In this document: piece by piece, positions 1 to 8,406 of the stretch | Layout: every line of letters begins with the position of its first letter | How positions within the stretch are numbered: the first letter of the stretch is position 1 | NCBI GenBank assembly: GCA_040904565.1 | Contig: JBBDTI010000079.1 | Span: forward strand, 1 to 16,897 | Reading direction: 5' to 3' | DNA length: 16,897 nt | Source of the DNA: Rhodothermales bacterium | GTDB lineage: Bacteria; Bacteroidota; Rhodothermia; Rhodothermales; VXPQ01 | Program-made: the position numbers and the translations under genes | Notes under the pieces: generated by a model | Database searches by the model: none | What the model saw: only the letters and a program-made list of their open reading frames with translations | What the model was told of the DNA's origin: nothing

Positions 1-174
1 CGGCATGGGTCGTTATAAACGTGGACGATGGATATCCAGGCGGCCACGGTCCATGCAGGAACGCTTTGACGTGTTCTCCGGCGTTGAATATGCGTCCGGT
101 CCCCCATTCGACGGGCTCGGGGTACATGCCGAGGAGGTATGTCAATCCTTCGATGCGCGCAGGGCGACACCGAG

Positions 175-208
175 ACAGCGGCCGTATAACAGAAATATCG
201 GCCGCCGC
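175..208 (-). terminator. GC-rich hairpin just downstream of the Omp85-family gene; possible terminator or mRNA 3' stabiliser
   Basis: On the minus strand GCGGCGGCCG (208-199) pairs with CGGCCGCTGT (184-175), a 10-bp stem with two G:U pairs, 27 nt after the stop codon. There is no poly-U tail, so it is not a canonical intrinsic terminator. Confidence 0.3.
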
Positions 209-235
209 CGCGAATTCATAAATGATTGGATTTCA

Positions 236-3200
236 TTACCAGCCCGGCGAGAGCCTGAATCCGAGCTGCCAACCGGCATTCGGACGCTGGAACGGATACG
301 CGTAGTAGGATTCAAGGATGATGTATCCCAGAATATTGACGCGAGCAGACACGCCCGTACTGACGACGGGTATGCGCTCGCTGGACGTCTGATCGAACGT
401 GAGCACCGGAGGTTCGTCCGACGTCCACGCCACGCCGGCGTCCGCGAATGCTGAGACCTCTGTTGGGAGATAGGGGAAATTGATCAGTCCAAGTGCATCG
501 GTACCCAGAAGAGGAACGCGCACTTCGAAGCTCGACATGGCGATATGCGTCCCCTGCAGGCGGGTGAACTCCGGACAGACATTTCCCGCCAGCTCCGACG
601 TCGTGCATTCGGAGACCTCAAACGAGTTGAAGCTGTAACCGCGAATAAAGCCCGGGTAGTAAGAATATCCGAGGTATTGCGTGGCGAAGAGATCCTCTCT
701 GGTAGCCCCATAATTACCGATGTGGAGCCCTCGTACGGCCAGCGTGACGGGATTCACGTGCACGTACCTCCGGTAGTCTGCGATGCCCCTCACGTAGCTC
801 GCCGAACCGAACTGCGGCGATACCTCGAAACGGAACCGGCCTCCGCTGACGGGGGATGTAAACCCGAAAAAGGAGTAGTCGCCGACAAACGCCAGTCCGC
901 CCTCGAAGAAAAAGATCGGATCGCGTTCGGTGATGCCCGAGAAAAAGACGGAATCATCCGTGTCGATCCTGTCGCGTCCAACACCATTCGGCGCCACGAC
1001 GTATTGCTCGACTTCGTTATCGAATCCGTATCGAACGAAACCGACGTTCGCTTCCAGGCGCCGCGTCTGGCTTAGGGGGTACTGTGATATTCCCGCAACC
1101 TGGTCGATAAAAATCCGCTGTCGGAGCTGTTCCACGACCTGGAACCCCTCGACGAACCCCCCCCGCGCCGTTCCGAAGAGCAGGGGGATGTGGCCGGCCA
1201 TGGCCCCGAAATTGAGCCGGTCGCCCAGATCGAGGTACGTAGCCTGTCCACCAATATCCTTGACGGTTCCCTGGGCCTGCACGGCGACGGACAGGTTGCG
1301 GTTACCCAGCATGTCGGAGAAGAAGAGTCCGATCCCGCCGCCCAGCTGCGTGCCGAACGCTCCACCGGCAGAAATGCCGACGGTAGGCGGTGCCACGTAA
1401 TCCAGCTGAAGACGAGAGCTGTAGGCCTGGCTCGCCAGCTCGACGTCCACAGGAGGCAGGCCCGTGACGGGGTCGTTCAGATAGTTGCCTACGAGGCCTT
1501 CATTCAGTGCACGAATGGGAGGCAGAATACCGGCGGTAGCGATATATCCGGGCGCCCGCGCGCTGACCGGCTCGCCCTCGAGCTGACCCCGCTCGAGGGA
1601 ATAGACCGTGTACTCATTATCAGCGAAGACGGAGAACATCATGCGGCCGCTCTGATCGGCCACCGACATGGCCGGTGATAGGGCGGTGATGCCGCTGACG
1701 CCGGTGACCAGGTCCGTGATGCGGTACGTCTGGCCGGACGACAGGTCGAGACGGTATACGTCCTTGAAGCCGTCCTGGTCGCTGATGAAGAAGAGGCTGC
1801 GCCCGTCCGGTGAGAACTGGGGATTGTGATGCAGAGCCTCGCCGAACGGCGTGAGGATATCGATCTCGTCCGTTTCCGTGTCGTAGACGGCGAGCCGATT
1901 TCGCCGGTAGTCCAGCATCTCGAAATCGGTCCCGTCGGGTCCGCGGTCCGTGGTGAAGGCAACGAACCGCCCGTCCGGCGACCAATCCGGTTGCAGATCG
2001 GCAAAGCGGTCGTCCGTCAGCTGGCGAACCGCATTCGTCTCGAGGTTGAGGACGTAGAGATCACTGATCCCGCCGTCGAGGCCGGAAAAGGCGATAGAGG
2101 ATCCGTCGGGCGACCAGGAAAGGTTGGTCATTGCCGAGACGCCCTCGACGGAGAACCGCTCGCGCACGGAGCGGTTCTCGACATTGAATATCGAGATCTG
2201 GTTATCGCCTTTCGCGAAGGAAACGAAGGCGAGGCGCCGCCCGTCCGGCGACCAGGAACCGGCAGAATTGATAAACCGAAGCGCGTCCATGTGCCGGTCG
2301 GCGGCCGGATTCTGCAGGCTCGTGATGACCTCACCCGTTTCCGCGTCCGCTACGAAGAGGTTGATCGAGAAGAGATCGCGCTCCGACAGGAAGGCAACGT
2401 AGCGGCCATCCGGGCTGACGGACGGCGAAATGTTGATCTCGCCGCCATCGATGTCCGGGGCCAGCACGCGGCGACCCGCCTCATCGGGTTCCGTTCGTCC
2501 TTCCATGAGCGGGGTATACGTGTCGCGCACGACCTGCTTCCATTCCGTCGAAAGAGAGTCGGTCGTGATGCCCAGCGTGTAGACGAACGCCGAGTCGACA
2601 CCGGCCCGTCCCGCCAGCTTGAAGAGATTTGCGACCGACGCATCGCCGTACTTCCCACCGACGTAGGCCATATACGCCTGACCGTAGCGGTATGGGAAGT
2701 AGCGCTGGTCCCGGGTCAACTGATTGATGGTTGGCAGATCGTCCCGACGAACGGCATCCCGCAGCCACATTGCCGTGTGCGTATCCGACCGTCCGACGGA
2801 AAGGTATTCCGCCGTACCTTCCACCATCCACAGAGGAAGCAGGTTCAGATTGAACCGGATCGTGTCCCGCTCGCTGAACGCAATGTCGTACTGGAACGAG
2901 TGGACCAGCTCGTGTCCCAGGACGTGGTCCGTCTCCGCGTAGCTGCCGGTAAGCGGCATGACGACGCGCTGTTTGAGTCCTTCCGTAACACCGCCCGTCC
3001 CTTCCCCGATGAATCCGCCAATGACGTTCGTCTGGTGGAAATCCGCATCGTTGGCATAGAATATGATCGGTTTCTTTTCCCTAAATTCCCGCAGAAACGT
3101 TCGGGCATGCCGGCTGTACCACCGCTCTGCCATCCGGGCGGCGTCGCGCACGGCTTGCTCCTCTTCCGGGTAGTAGTAAATCTGGAAGTGGTCCGTTTCT

Positions 3201-3334
3201 ATGAATCTGAAGTCAAACTGGTCGTACTGCACCTTATTACGGCCGAAATACTGCGCGGCGGCCGGAGAGGGTACGGAGGCGACAAAGAAGAGGAACGCAA
3301 GAAGCGATATGAGGAACGACCCTGTTCGACGCAT
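236..3334 (-). CDS. Omp85/BamA-TamA superfamily outer-membrane protein with N-terminal zincin (peptidase MA-like) domain and PD40/TolB-like beta-propeller, ~1032 aa
   Basis: Start moved from the ORF-track 3442 to the ATG at 3334, which gives a Sec signal peptide MRRTGSFLISLLAFLFFVASVPSPAAA|QYFG. HELVH (2900-2914) is followed by WMVEGTAEY. Five clear (W/F/V)SPDG-x-x-(L/V/I)-(A/F)F repeats. The C-terminal region has amphipathic strands, the Omp85 loop-6 motif IRGY (635-646), the FADAG motif and a terminal Trp (FRLSPGW). Confidence 0.88.
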   Translation of the reverse strand: MRRTGSFLISLLAFLFFVASVPSPAAAQYFGRNKVQYDQFDFRFIETDHFQIYYYPEEEQAVRDAARMAERWYSRHARTFLREFREKKPIIFYANDADFHQTNVIGGFIGEGTGGVTEGLKQRVVMPLTGSYAETDHVLGHELVHSFQYDIAFSERDTIRFNLNLLPLWMVEGTAEYLSVGRSDTHTAMWLRDAVRRDDLPTINQLTRDQRYFPYRYGQAYMAYVGGKYGDASVANLFKLAGRAGVDSAFVYTLGITTDSLSTEWKQVVRDTYTPLMEGRTEPDEAGRRVLAPDIDGGEINISPSVSPDGRYVAFLSERDLFSINLFVADAETGEVITSLQNPAADRHMDALRFINSAGSWSPDGRRLAFVSFAKGDNQISIFNVENRSVRERFSVEGVSAMTNLSWSPDGSSIAFSGLDGGISDLYVLNLETNAVRQLTDDRFADLQPDWSPDGRFVAFTTDRGPDGTDFEMLDYRRNRLAVYDTETDEIDILTPFGEALHHNPQFSPDGRSLFFISDQDGFKDVYRLDLSSGQTYRITDLVTGVSGITALSPAMSVADQSGRMMFSVFADNEYTVYSLERGQLEGEPVSARAPGYIATAGILPPIRALNEGLVGNYLNDPVTGLPPVDVELASQAYSSRLQLDYVAPPTVGISAGGAFGTQLGGGIGLFFSDMLGNRNLSVAVQAQGTVKDIGGQATYLDLGDRLNFGAMAGHIPLLFGTARGGFVEGFQVVEQLRQRIFIDQVAGISQYPLSQTRRLEANVGFVRYGFDNEVEQYVVAPNGVGRDRIDTDDSVFFSGITERDPIFFFEGGLAFVGDYSFFGFTSPVSGGRFRFEVSPQFGSASYVRGIADYRRYVHVNPVTLAVRGLHIGNYGATREDLFATQYLGYSYYPGFIRGYSFNSFEVSECTTSELAGNVCPEFTRLQGTHIAMSSFEVRVPLLGTDALGLINFPYLPTEVSAFADAGVAWTSDEPPVLTFDQTSSERIPVVSTGVSARVNILGYIILESYYAYPFQRPNAGWQLGFRLSPGW

Positions 3335-3619
3335 CTTATTGCCTAGCTTGATCGGTGAACTGAAACTGCCGGAGGCGCGAAGTACGGAGTGCACGGGCCA
3401 GGTAGATTGTCGTATTCGATGGATACGCGCAGATGCACGCACAACGAGATCACGAGTTACCCCTTAGGCTTCTCAGCGGCATATGTGTTACGGAACGAGC
3501 ATTGATCGGTTGCCCACGGAGGTGAAAATGCCCTAACGGGGCGTTTCGACGCCTGGGCGCGGGAAACGTGTGCGCGCCGTACACCGCCATCCCCGGAACC
3601 GTCTCGCTGGAGAGGTGCT

Positions 3620-3672
3620 TAAATACGCAGACCGTATGTGTGGTTCAAAAGTCTTTGTTTTTGGAGTATTTA
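3620..3672. promoter_or_regulatory. Candidate symmetric divergent promoter region between the Omp85-family gene and mrdA
   Basis: AT-rich patch in a GC-rich intergenic region. Plus strand: TTCAAA (3644-3649), 17 nt, TATTTA (3667-3672). Minus strand: TTGAAC (3648-3643), 17 nt, TATTTA (3625-3620). Both -10 candidates lack the final conserved T. Confidence 0.4.
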
Positions 3673-3815
3673 GCGCCGTGTCACCGATCCTCGGCGGAGA
3701 GACGCGCATGATGCCGGCCACGACACGGCCTGCTTCCGGTGCGCCCAACGAGGGTTGGGCACGCGACGAGGGCGGGTGACGCAAGCGGGTGGATTAAGGA
3801 TACAGGAAATCTCGA

Positions 3816-5654
3816 ATGGACGAATATAGGATTCGGGTCCGGATTTTCGTCGGGATCATCATTGTGGTACTTGGAATTCTCGGGCTGCGCCTCGGACAGC
3901 TTCAGCTGCTCGACGTCGAGGAGTACACGGGTGAGTCGCGCTCCAACGCGGTCCGCGAGCAGCGCGTTCAGCCGGCCCGAGGTGCCGTCTACGATCGCTC
4001 CGGATTGCTGATGGTCGACAACAAGCCGAGCTATACCATCACCATCACGCCGCGCTCTTTCGACCCTGAAATGATACCGGTGCTGGCCGGTCTCCTGGCC
4101 GTGCCGGACTCGCTGGTCGCCGCTAAACTCGAGGCCGCACGCCGTCACAGCGCGTTTCAACCCAATAAGGCATTTCGGGAAGTACCTTTTGACATCTTCA
4201 GCCGGGTTATTGAAAATCTGTACCGTCTACCCGGCGTCGCGTACGAGGAAGAATTCAGTCGCCGGTATCACACGGACGCCAGAGCGGCTCATGCGTTGGG
4301 ATATATCCGCGAGATTACCTCCGGCGAGCTGTCGGGTCTTCGCAGCCGCGGTTACCGGCAGGGTGACCTGATCGGCAAGGCCGGGATCGAGAACAGCTAC
4401 GAGGGTTACCTGCGCGGGCGGCTCGGTGCGGAGCTGAAGCTCGTCAACGTGCACGGTCTGGAAGTGAAGTCCTACCAGGACGGTGTCCACGACCTGAACC
4501 CTATCAGCGGGTACAACCTTCACCTGGGTCTCGACGCCGGCGTGCAGGCTCTGGCGGAGTCGCTTTTCGTCGGGAAGCGCGGAGGGGCCGTTGCCCTCGA
4601 CGTCAACACGGGGGCCATCATATCGATGGTCAGTATGCCCGACTACGATCCCGGACTGTTCGCGGAGTCGGTCGACCGGGCGACGTGGCAGTATTTGACG
4701 AACAGCCCGGAGAAGCCACTTTATAACCGGGCCACGATGAACCTGCTCCCCCCCGGCTCTACGTGGAAGCCTTTCATGGCGTTGATGTCGCTGCAGGAAG
4801 GCACGATTACGGTAGACGAAACGTTTAACTGCAGAGGCTACCATCCTTTCGGCGGCCCGGGGCTTTTCCGGGATATGCACGTGCATGGAAGGATCGCCGT
4901 AGGTACGGCGATTGAGAAGTCGTGCAACACCTTTTTCTTCGAGACGATGATGCGAACGGACGTGGACACGTTCAGCAAGTACGCGCATCTGTTCGGATTC
5001 GGAGAACGGGCGCCGACGGATATCGACCAGCAATCGACCGGCCTTATCCCGGACTCCTCCTACTACGATCGCGTGTATCCGCGCGGTTGGACGGCGGGAT
5101 ATTCGATCAATCTGGGGATCGGACAGGGAGATATGGGCGTCACGCCGCTGCAGCTAGCTCGCTACGTTGCAGCAATCGCCAACAAGGGTAGACTTCTCCC
5201 TCCGCATCTGGTGACGAAGCTCGAACACCCCGAGACGGGCGACGTCGTGTATCCCACTCTTCCTGAATCGAAAAAGCTGCCCATCGACGAAGAACATTTC
5301 GAGGTTGTACGAGATGGGATGCGACGGGTCATGGAATCGGGTACGGGCTACTGGATTCAGATCCCCGGCGTTGCAAGTGGTGGTAAGACGGGGACGGCAC
5401 AGTCACCGGGCGGTCGAAGGGACGACTCCGTGTTCATCATGTTTGCGCCCTACGACGACCCGCGGATCGCGATAGCCGTGCAGGTTGAAAATGCAGGATA
5501 TGGAGCGACGGCGGCCGGTCCCATCGGATCCTTCATGGCCGAGCAATATCTCACGGGAAAGATCTCGGATAGTCCCCAGCGTCAGGCGCGACTCAATGCC
5601 GTGTTGAACGTACGGAGCCAGCCGCTGGCAACGAACGAGGAGGACGACAGTTAG
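3816..5654 (+). CDS. mrdA: Penicillin-binding protein 2 (class B peptidoglycan D,D-transpeptidase)
   Basis: N-terminal TM anchor; dimerisation-domain motifs PARGAVYDRSG and GKAGIENSYE; catalytic motifs SxxK (PGSTWK), SxN (KSCNTFF) and KTG (GGKTGTAQ); IGQG motif. AGGA at 3804-3807 precedes the ATG, and rodA follows. Confidence 0.96.
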   Translation: MDEYRIRVRIFVGIIIVVLGILGLRLGQLQLLDVEEYTGESRSNAVREQRVQPARGAVYDRSGLLMVDNKPSYTITITPRSFDPEMIPVLAGLLAVPDSLVAAKLEAARRHSAFQPNKAFREVPFDIFSRVIENLYRLPGVAYEEEFSRRYHTDARAAHALGYIREITSGELSGLRSRGYRQGDLIGKAGIENSYEGYLRGRLGAELKLVNVHGLEVKSYQDGVHDLNPISGYNLHLGLDAGVQALAESLFVGKRGGAVALDVNTGAIISMVSMPDYDPGLFAESVDRATWQYLTNSPEKPLYNRATMNLLPPGSTWKPFMALMSLQEGTITVDETFNCRGYHPFGGPGLFRDMHVHGRIAVGTAIEKSCNTFFFETMMRTDVDTFSKYAHLFGFGERAPTDIDQQSTGLIPDSSYYDRVYPRGWTAGYSINLGIGQGDMGVTPLQLARYVAAIANKGRLLPPHLVTKLEHPETGDVVYPTLPESKKLPIDEEHFEVVRDGMRRVMESGTGYWIQIPGVASGGKTGTAQSPGGRRDDSVFIMFAPYDDPRIAIAVQVENAGYGATAAGPIGSFMAEQYLTGKISDSPQRQARLNAVLNVRSQPLATNEEDDS

Positions 5655-5713
5655 ACGGTTCGTCAGGAAGCGGCACACCTGTCGTGCCGCACATCGCTCA
5701 TGATGTCTAGTCC

Positions 5714-6973
5714 ATGCGTACGTGGTATCGAAATCTTGACTACCTGACCCTCCTGGCCTGGACGGCCCTTGTGGGTATCGGGCTGGTGGCCATCTACAGC
5801 ACGACGAACGGACCGGCCGGCCAGTATCTGCTGGAATCGGTCCGACAGAATTTCTGGCGCCAGCTTGCCTGGACCGGCATTTCGTTTGGGGCGGTAGCGG
5901 TCTGTCTCATGCTGCCCGTCCGATTCTTTCAGAAGGCAGCTTATCCCCTCTACATCGGATCGCTGGTGCTGCTCGTCGCGGCACTTTTATTTGGGCGTGA
6001 GGTGAACGGTGCGAAGAGCTGGCTGTACGTCGGAGGGCTCGGCCTCCAGGTGTCCGAGCTGGCCAAGGTCGGCGCGGTACTGGCCGTCGCCCAGCTCATT
6101 GCGGCGAGACGACCTAACACGAAGCACGTGCGCTACGCGCTGGGCGTCGTGGCCATTCTCGCGGTTCCCGGGGTGCTTATCGTGCTTCAGAACGATACCG
6201 GGACCGCCCTGGTGTTTTTTGCCCTGGTACCTATCATGCTATTCTGGTCAGGGCTGCCGATCAGTACGGTTCTTCTCATGATCGCCCCGGCCGTGACCGG
6301 ATATCTGGCCGTTGTGTATATGCCTGCGGCGATCGGTTTCGCCGTGTTTTTTACGGTCGGACTCTACTGGCAGACGAGAGAATCACACTATGCGATCGTG
6401 GCCGGAGCATTTACGGGTGGGACGATTGCGGCCGTTTCATTTGCACTGACGAAGGTGCTCCAGCCGTATCAGATCGCGCGCATCGTTTCGTTTACGAATC
6501 CCGAGGCGGAGGAATATCGGTCCGGCGTGGGATTCCACCTCGTGCAATCGAAGGCGGCCATCGGGTCGGGCGGTCTGTTCGGCAAGGGATTTATGGATGG
6601 GACCCAGACGCAGGGTGCCTACGTGCCGGAGCAGTCGACCGACTTCGTCTTCAGCGTGATCGGGGAGGAGTGGGGCTTCATTGGTTCGATCGTCGTGCTG
6701 TCTGCCTTTGCATTGCTGCTGATGCGACTCGTGCGACTCGGTTCGCAGGTGAAGCACCCCTTCGGCAGCATGGTTGCGGCCGGCGCGGCCGGAATCTATC
6801 TGGTGCACGTCTTCATTAACATCGGCATGGTGACGGGACTTCTCCCCGTGATCGGCATTCCGCTGCCTTTTATTTCCTATGGAGGGTCGGCCTTGCTGGC
6901 GAACACGACGATGCTGGCGATCATGCTGAACCTCCACATGCGCCGCGACGACTTCTCTATCTACGGATACTGA
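5714..6973 (+). CDS. rodA: Rod shape-determining protein RodA (SEDS peptidoglycan glycosyltransferase)
   Basis: Polytopic membrane protein with SEDS motifs GAKSWL, QVSELAK, QNDTGT, QSKAAIGSGGLFGKG, PEQSTDFVFSVIGEEWG and GIPLPFISYGGS. Directly downstream of mrdA. Confidence 0.96.
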   Translation: MRTWYRNLDYLTLLAWTALVGIGLVAIYSTTNGPAGQYLLESVRQNFWRQLAWTGISFGAVAVCLMLPVRFFQKAAYPLYIGSLVLLVAALLFGREVNGAKSWLYVGGLGLQVSELAKVGAVLAVAQLIAARRPNTKHVRYALGVVAILAVPGVLIVLQNDTGTALVFFALVPIMLFWSGLPISTVLLMIAPAVTGYLAVVYMPAAIGFAVFFTVGLYWQTRESHYAIVAGAFTGGTIAAVSFALTKVLQPYQIARIVSFTNPEAEEYRSGVGFHLVQSKAAIGSGGLFGKGFMDGTQTQGAYVPEQSTDFVFSVIGEEWGFIGSIVVLSAFALLLMRLVRLGSQVKHPFGSMVAAGAAGIYLVHVFINIGMVTGLLPVIGIPLPFISYGGSALLANTTMLAIMLNLHMRRDDFSIYGY

Positions 6974-6984
6974 CCGCATCTTTC

Positions 6985-8406
6985 ATGCACTTCTCGTTTA
7001 CGGAGGAGGTCGGCCCTCTGCACGCCGCCGCTCCAGAAATTCTTTCCAGGCTGATGAGTGCGGAAGGCGACACCGCGGAGCTGTTCTCCGAGCACACGTA
7101 CCACGAGCGGATAAGAATGCGATACGATCGCTGGAAGGCTTACCGCGATCCGTGGGAGGATTATGCGACGGATGTCGTCGAGGGAACGGGACTCCGACTC
7201 CTGACGAACGGCTTTAGCCGACACGGTGCCGCGGAAGGATTCGATCCCGCCCTGATACGCATCAAGGCCGACGAGCTGCGCGACGGGCCGCCCATAGACG
7301 TGTCGCTGGATCGCGAGTCGGCCCGGGGCTCGCTTGCGTTGCCCGGCGATACGATCAATCTCGTATCCCTGGACGAGAAGCGCGCATTGCTGGAATCGGC
7401 GGTAGATGCTGCCCTCTCTCTCGAACCGAGGCTGCGGGACCTGGAGGTTGACTTTCAAGGCTCGACGCGTCAGGCCTACGTGGTGTCGACGGAAGACCGA
7501 CCGACATTTTCCGCGAAATCGATCATCGGGTTCCGCGTGCAGGCGAAGTTCGAGCGGGCCAATCGCCACATCGACGTGTATGCCATCGGAGGAGGTACCG
7601 GGGGGCTCGGACAGTTCCTCTTGTGTACGCCTGAGGAGATCTCACAACGCTGCATAGAGAGACTCCAGGCGGCCCTCAAAGCGCGTCCGCTCGACCGGGA
7701 TATAGGGGACGTTCCCGTCGTGATCGAAGGAGGCTGGGGCGGCGTCTGGCTGCACGAGGCCGTCGGGCATCTTCTCGAAGCCGACACGCCCGGGGCGTAC
7801 ACGCCGGAGCGAATCGGCGATCAGGTCGCCGGCGACGGCGTGACGATCGTCGACGACGGTACGCTGGAGCATGGACGCGGCACGGCGCTGTTCGACGACG
7901 AAGGCTTCCCGATGGAACGGACCGTACTGGTCGACCGCGGCGTGCTGCGGGCGGTGATGACGGACCGCATTCAGGCCCGGCGCCACGGTCTTCCGCGCAC
8001 CGGCAACGGCCGTCGGCAGGATTTTCGTCGTCCGCCGATGGTGCGCATGACGAACCTGCTCCTCGAAGGAGGCACCGAGCAGCGCGAGACGCTCATTTCA
8101 GAGGCGGAGGACGGGTTTTACGTTCGTACGATAGGCGGCGGCCAGGTGTATCCCTCCGAAGACCGGTTTGCGTTCAACGTGATCGAGGGATACAAAATCG
8201 AGGGTGGACGCCTTACCGAGCCGCTGACCAATGTCCAAATCACAGGCCGGCCCTCGCAGATGCTAGAGGACATCATCGGGATTGCGGACGACTATCGCAT
8301 CGATCCATCTCGAGGCATCTGCAAGAAGGACGATCAGACCGTGCCGGTGTCGGTCGGAATGCCTACGGTGCTGGTCCGCGATCTGACGGTGCGCCGTGTC
8401 CTATGA
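6985..8406 (+). CDS. tldD: TldD/PmbA family metalloprotease, TldD-type catalytic subunit
   Basis: GWGGVWLHEAVGHLLEAD (HExxxH), FDDEG, TGNGRRQ...PMVRMTNL, and C-terminal GICKKDDQTVPVSVGMPTV carrying the conserved Cys of TldD. Confidence 0.9.
   Translation: MHFSFTEEVGPLHAAAPEILSRLMSAEGDTAELFSEHTYHERIRMRYDRWKAYRDPWEDYATDVVEGTGLRLLTNGFSRHGAAEGFDPALIRIKADELRDGPPIDVSLDRESARGSLALPGDTINLVSLDEKRALLESAVDAALSLEPRLRDLEVDFQGSTRQAYVVSTEDRPTFSAKSIIGFRVQAKFERANRHIDVYAIGGGTGGLGQFLLCTPEEISQRCIERLQAALKARPLDRDIGDVPVVIEGGWGGVWLHEAVGHLLEADTPGAYTPERIGDQVAGDGVTIVDDGTLEHGRGTALFDDEGFPMERTVLVDRGVLRAVMTDRIQARRHGLPRTGNGRRQDFRRPPMVRMTNLLLEGGTEQRETLISEAEDGFYVRTIGGGQVYPSEDRFAFNVIEGYKIEGGRLTEPLTNVQITGRPSQMLEDIIGIADDYRIDPSRGICKKDDQTVPVSVGMPTVLVRDLTVRRVL

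Noticed and set aside
1-235. Possible coding sequence at the left edge (ORFs 5..454 and 21..221 on plus; minus-strand ATGs at 127 and at 6 running off the window)
   Set aside because: No recognisable protein. The ATG at 6 could start a downstream gene but cannot be judged from two codons. A minus-strand TTGACA near 140-145 has no properly spaced -10.
1826-3346. 506-aa plus-strand ORF
   Set aside because: Antisense shadow of the Omp85-family gene, with R/V/G-rich composition and no domain signatures.
3335-3442. 36-codon N-terminal extension of the Omp85-family ORF in the ORF track
   Set aside because: It would bury the signal peptide. The ATG at 3334 gives a canonical signal ending AAA|Q.
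3515-3730. Resemblance to cobalamin (GGTGAAAAT) or glycine (GGAGAG) riboswitch fragments
   Set aside because: The other required conserved elements are missing and the flanking genes do not fit those ligands.
3533-3784. Small ORFs in the divergent intergenic region (3533..3784 minus, 3570..3779 plus) as an mreD remnant or small proteins
   Set aside because: No multi-TM MreD character, no clear ribosome-binding site, and they overlap the probable promoter region.
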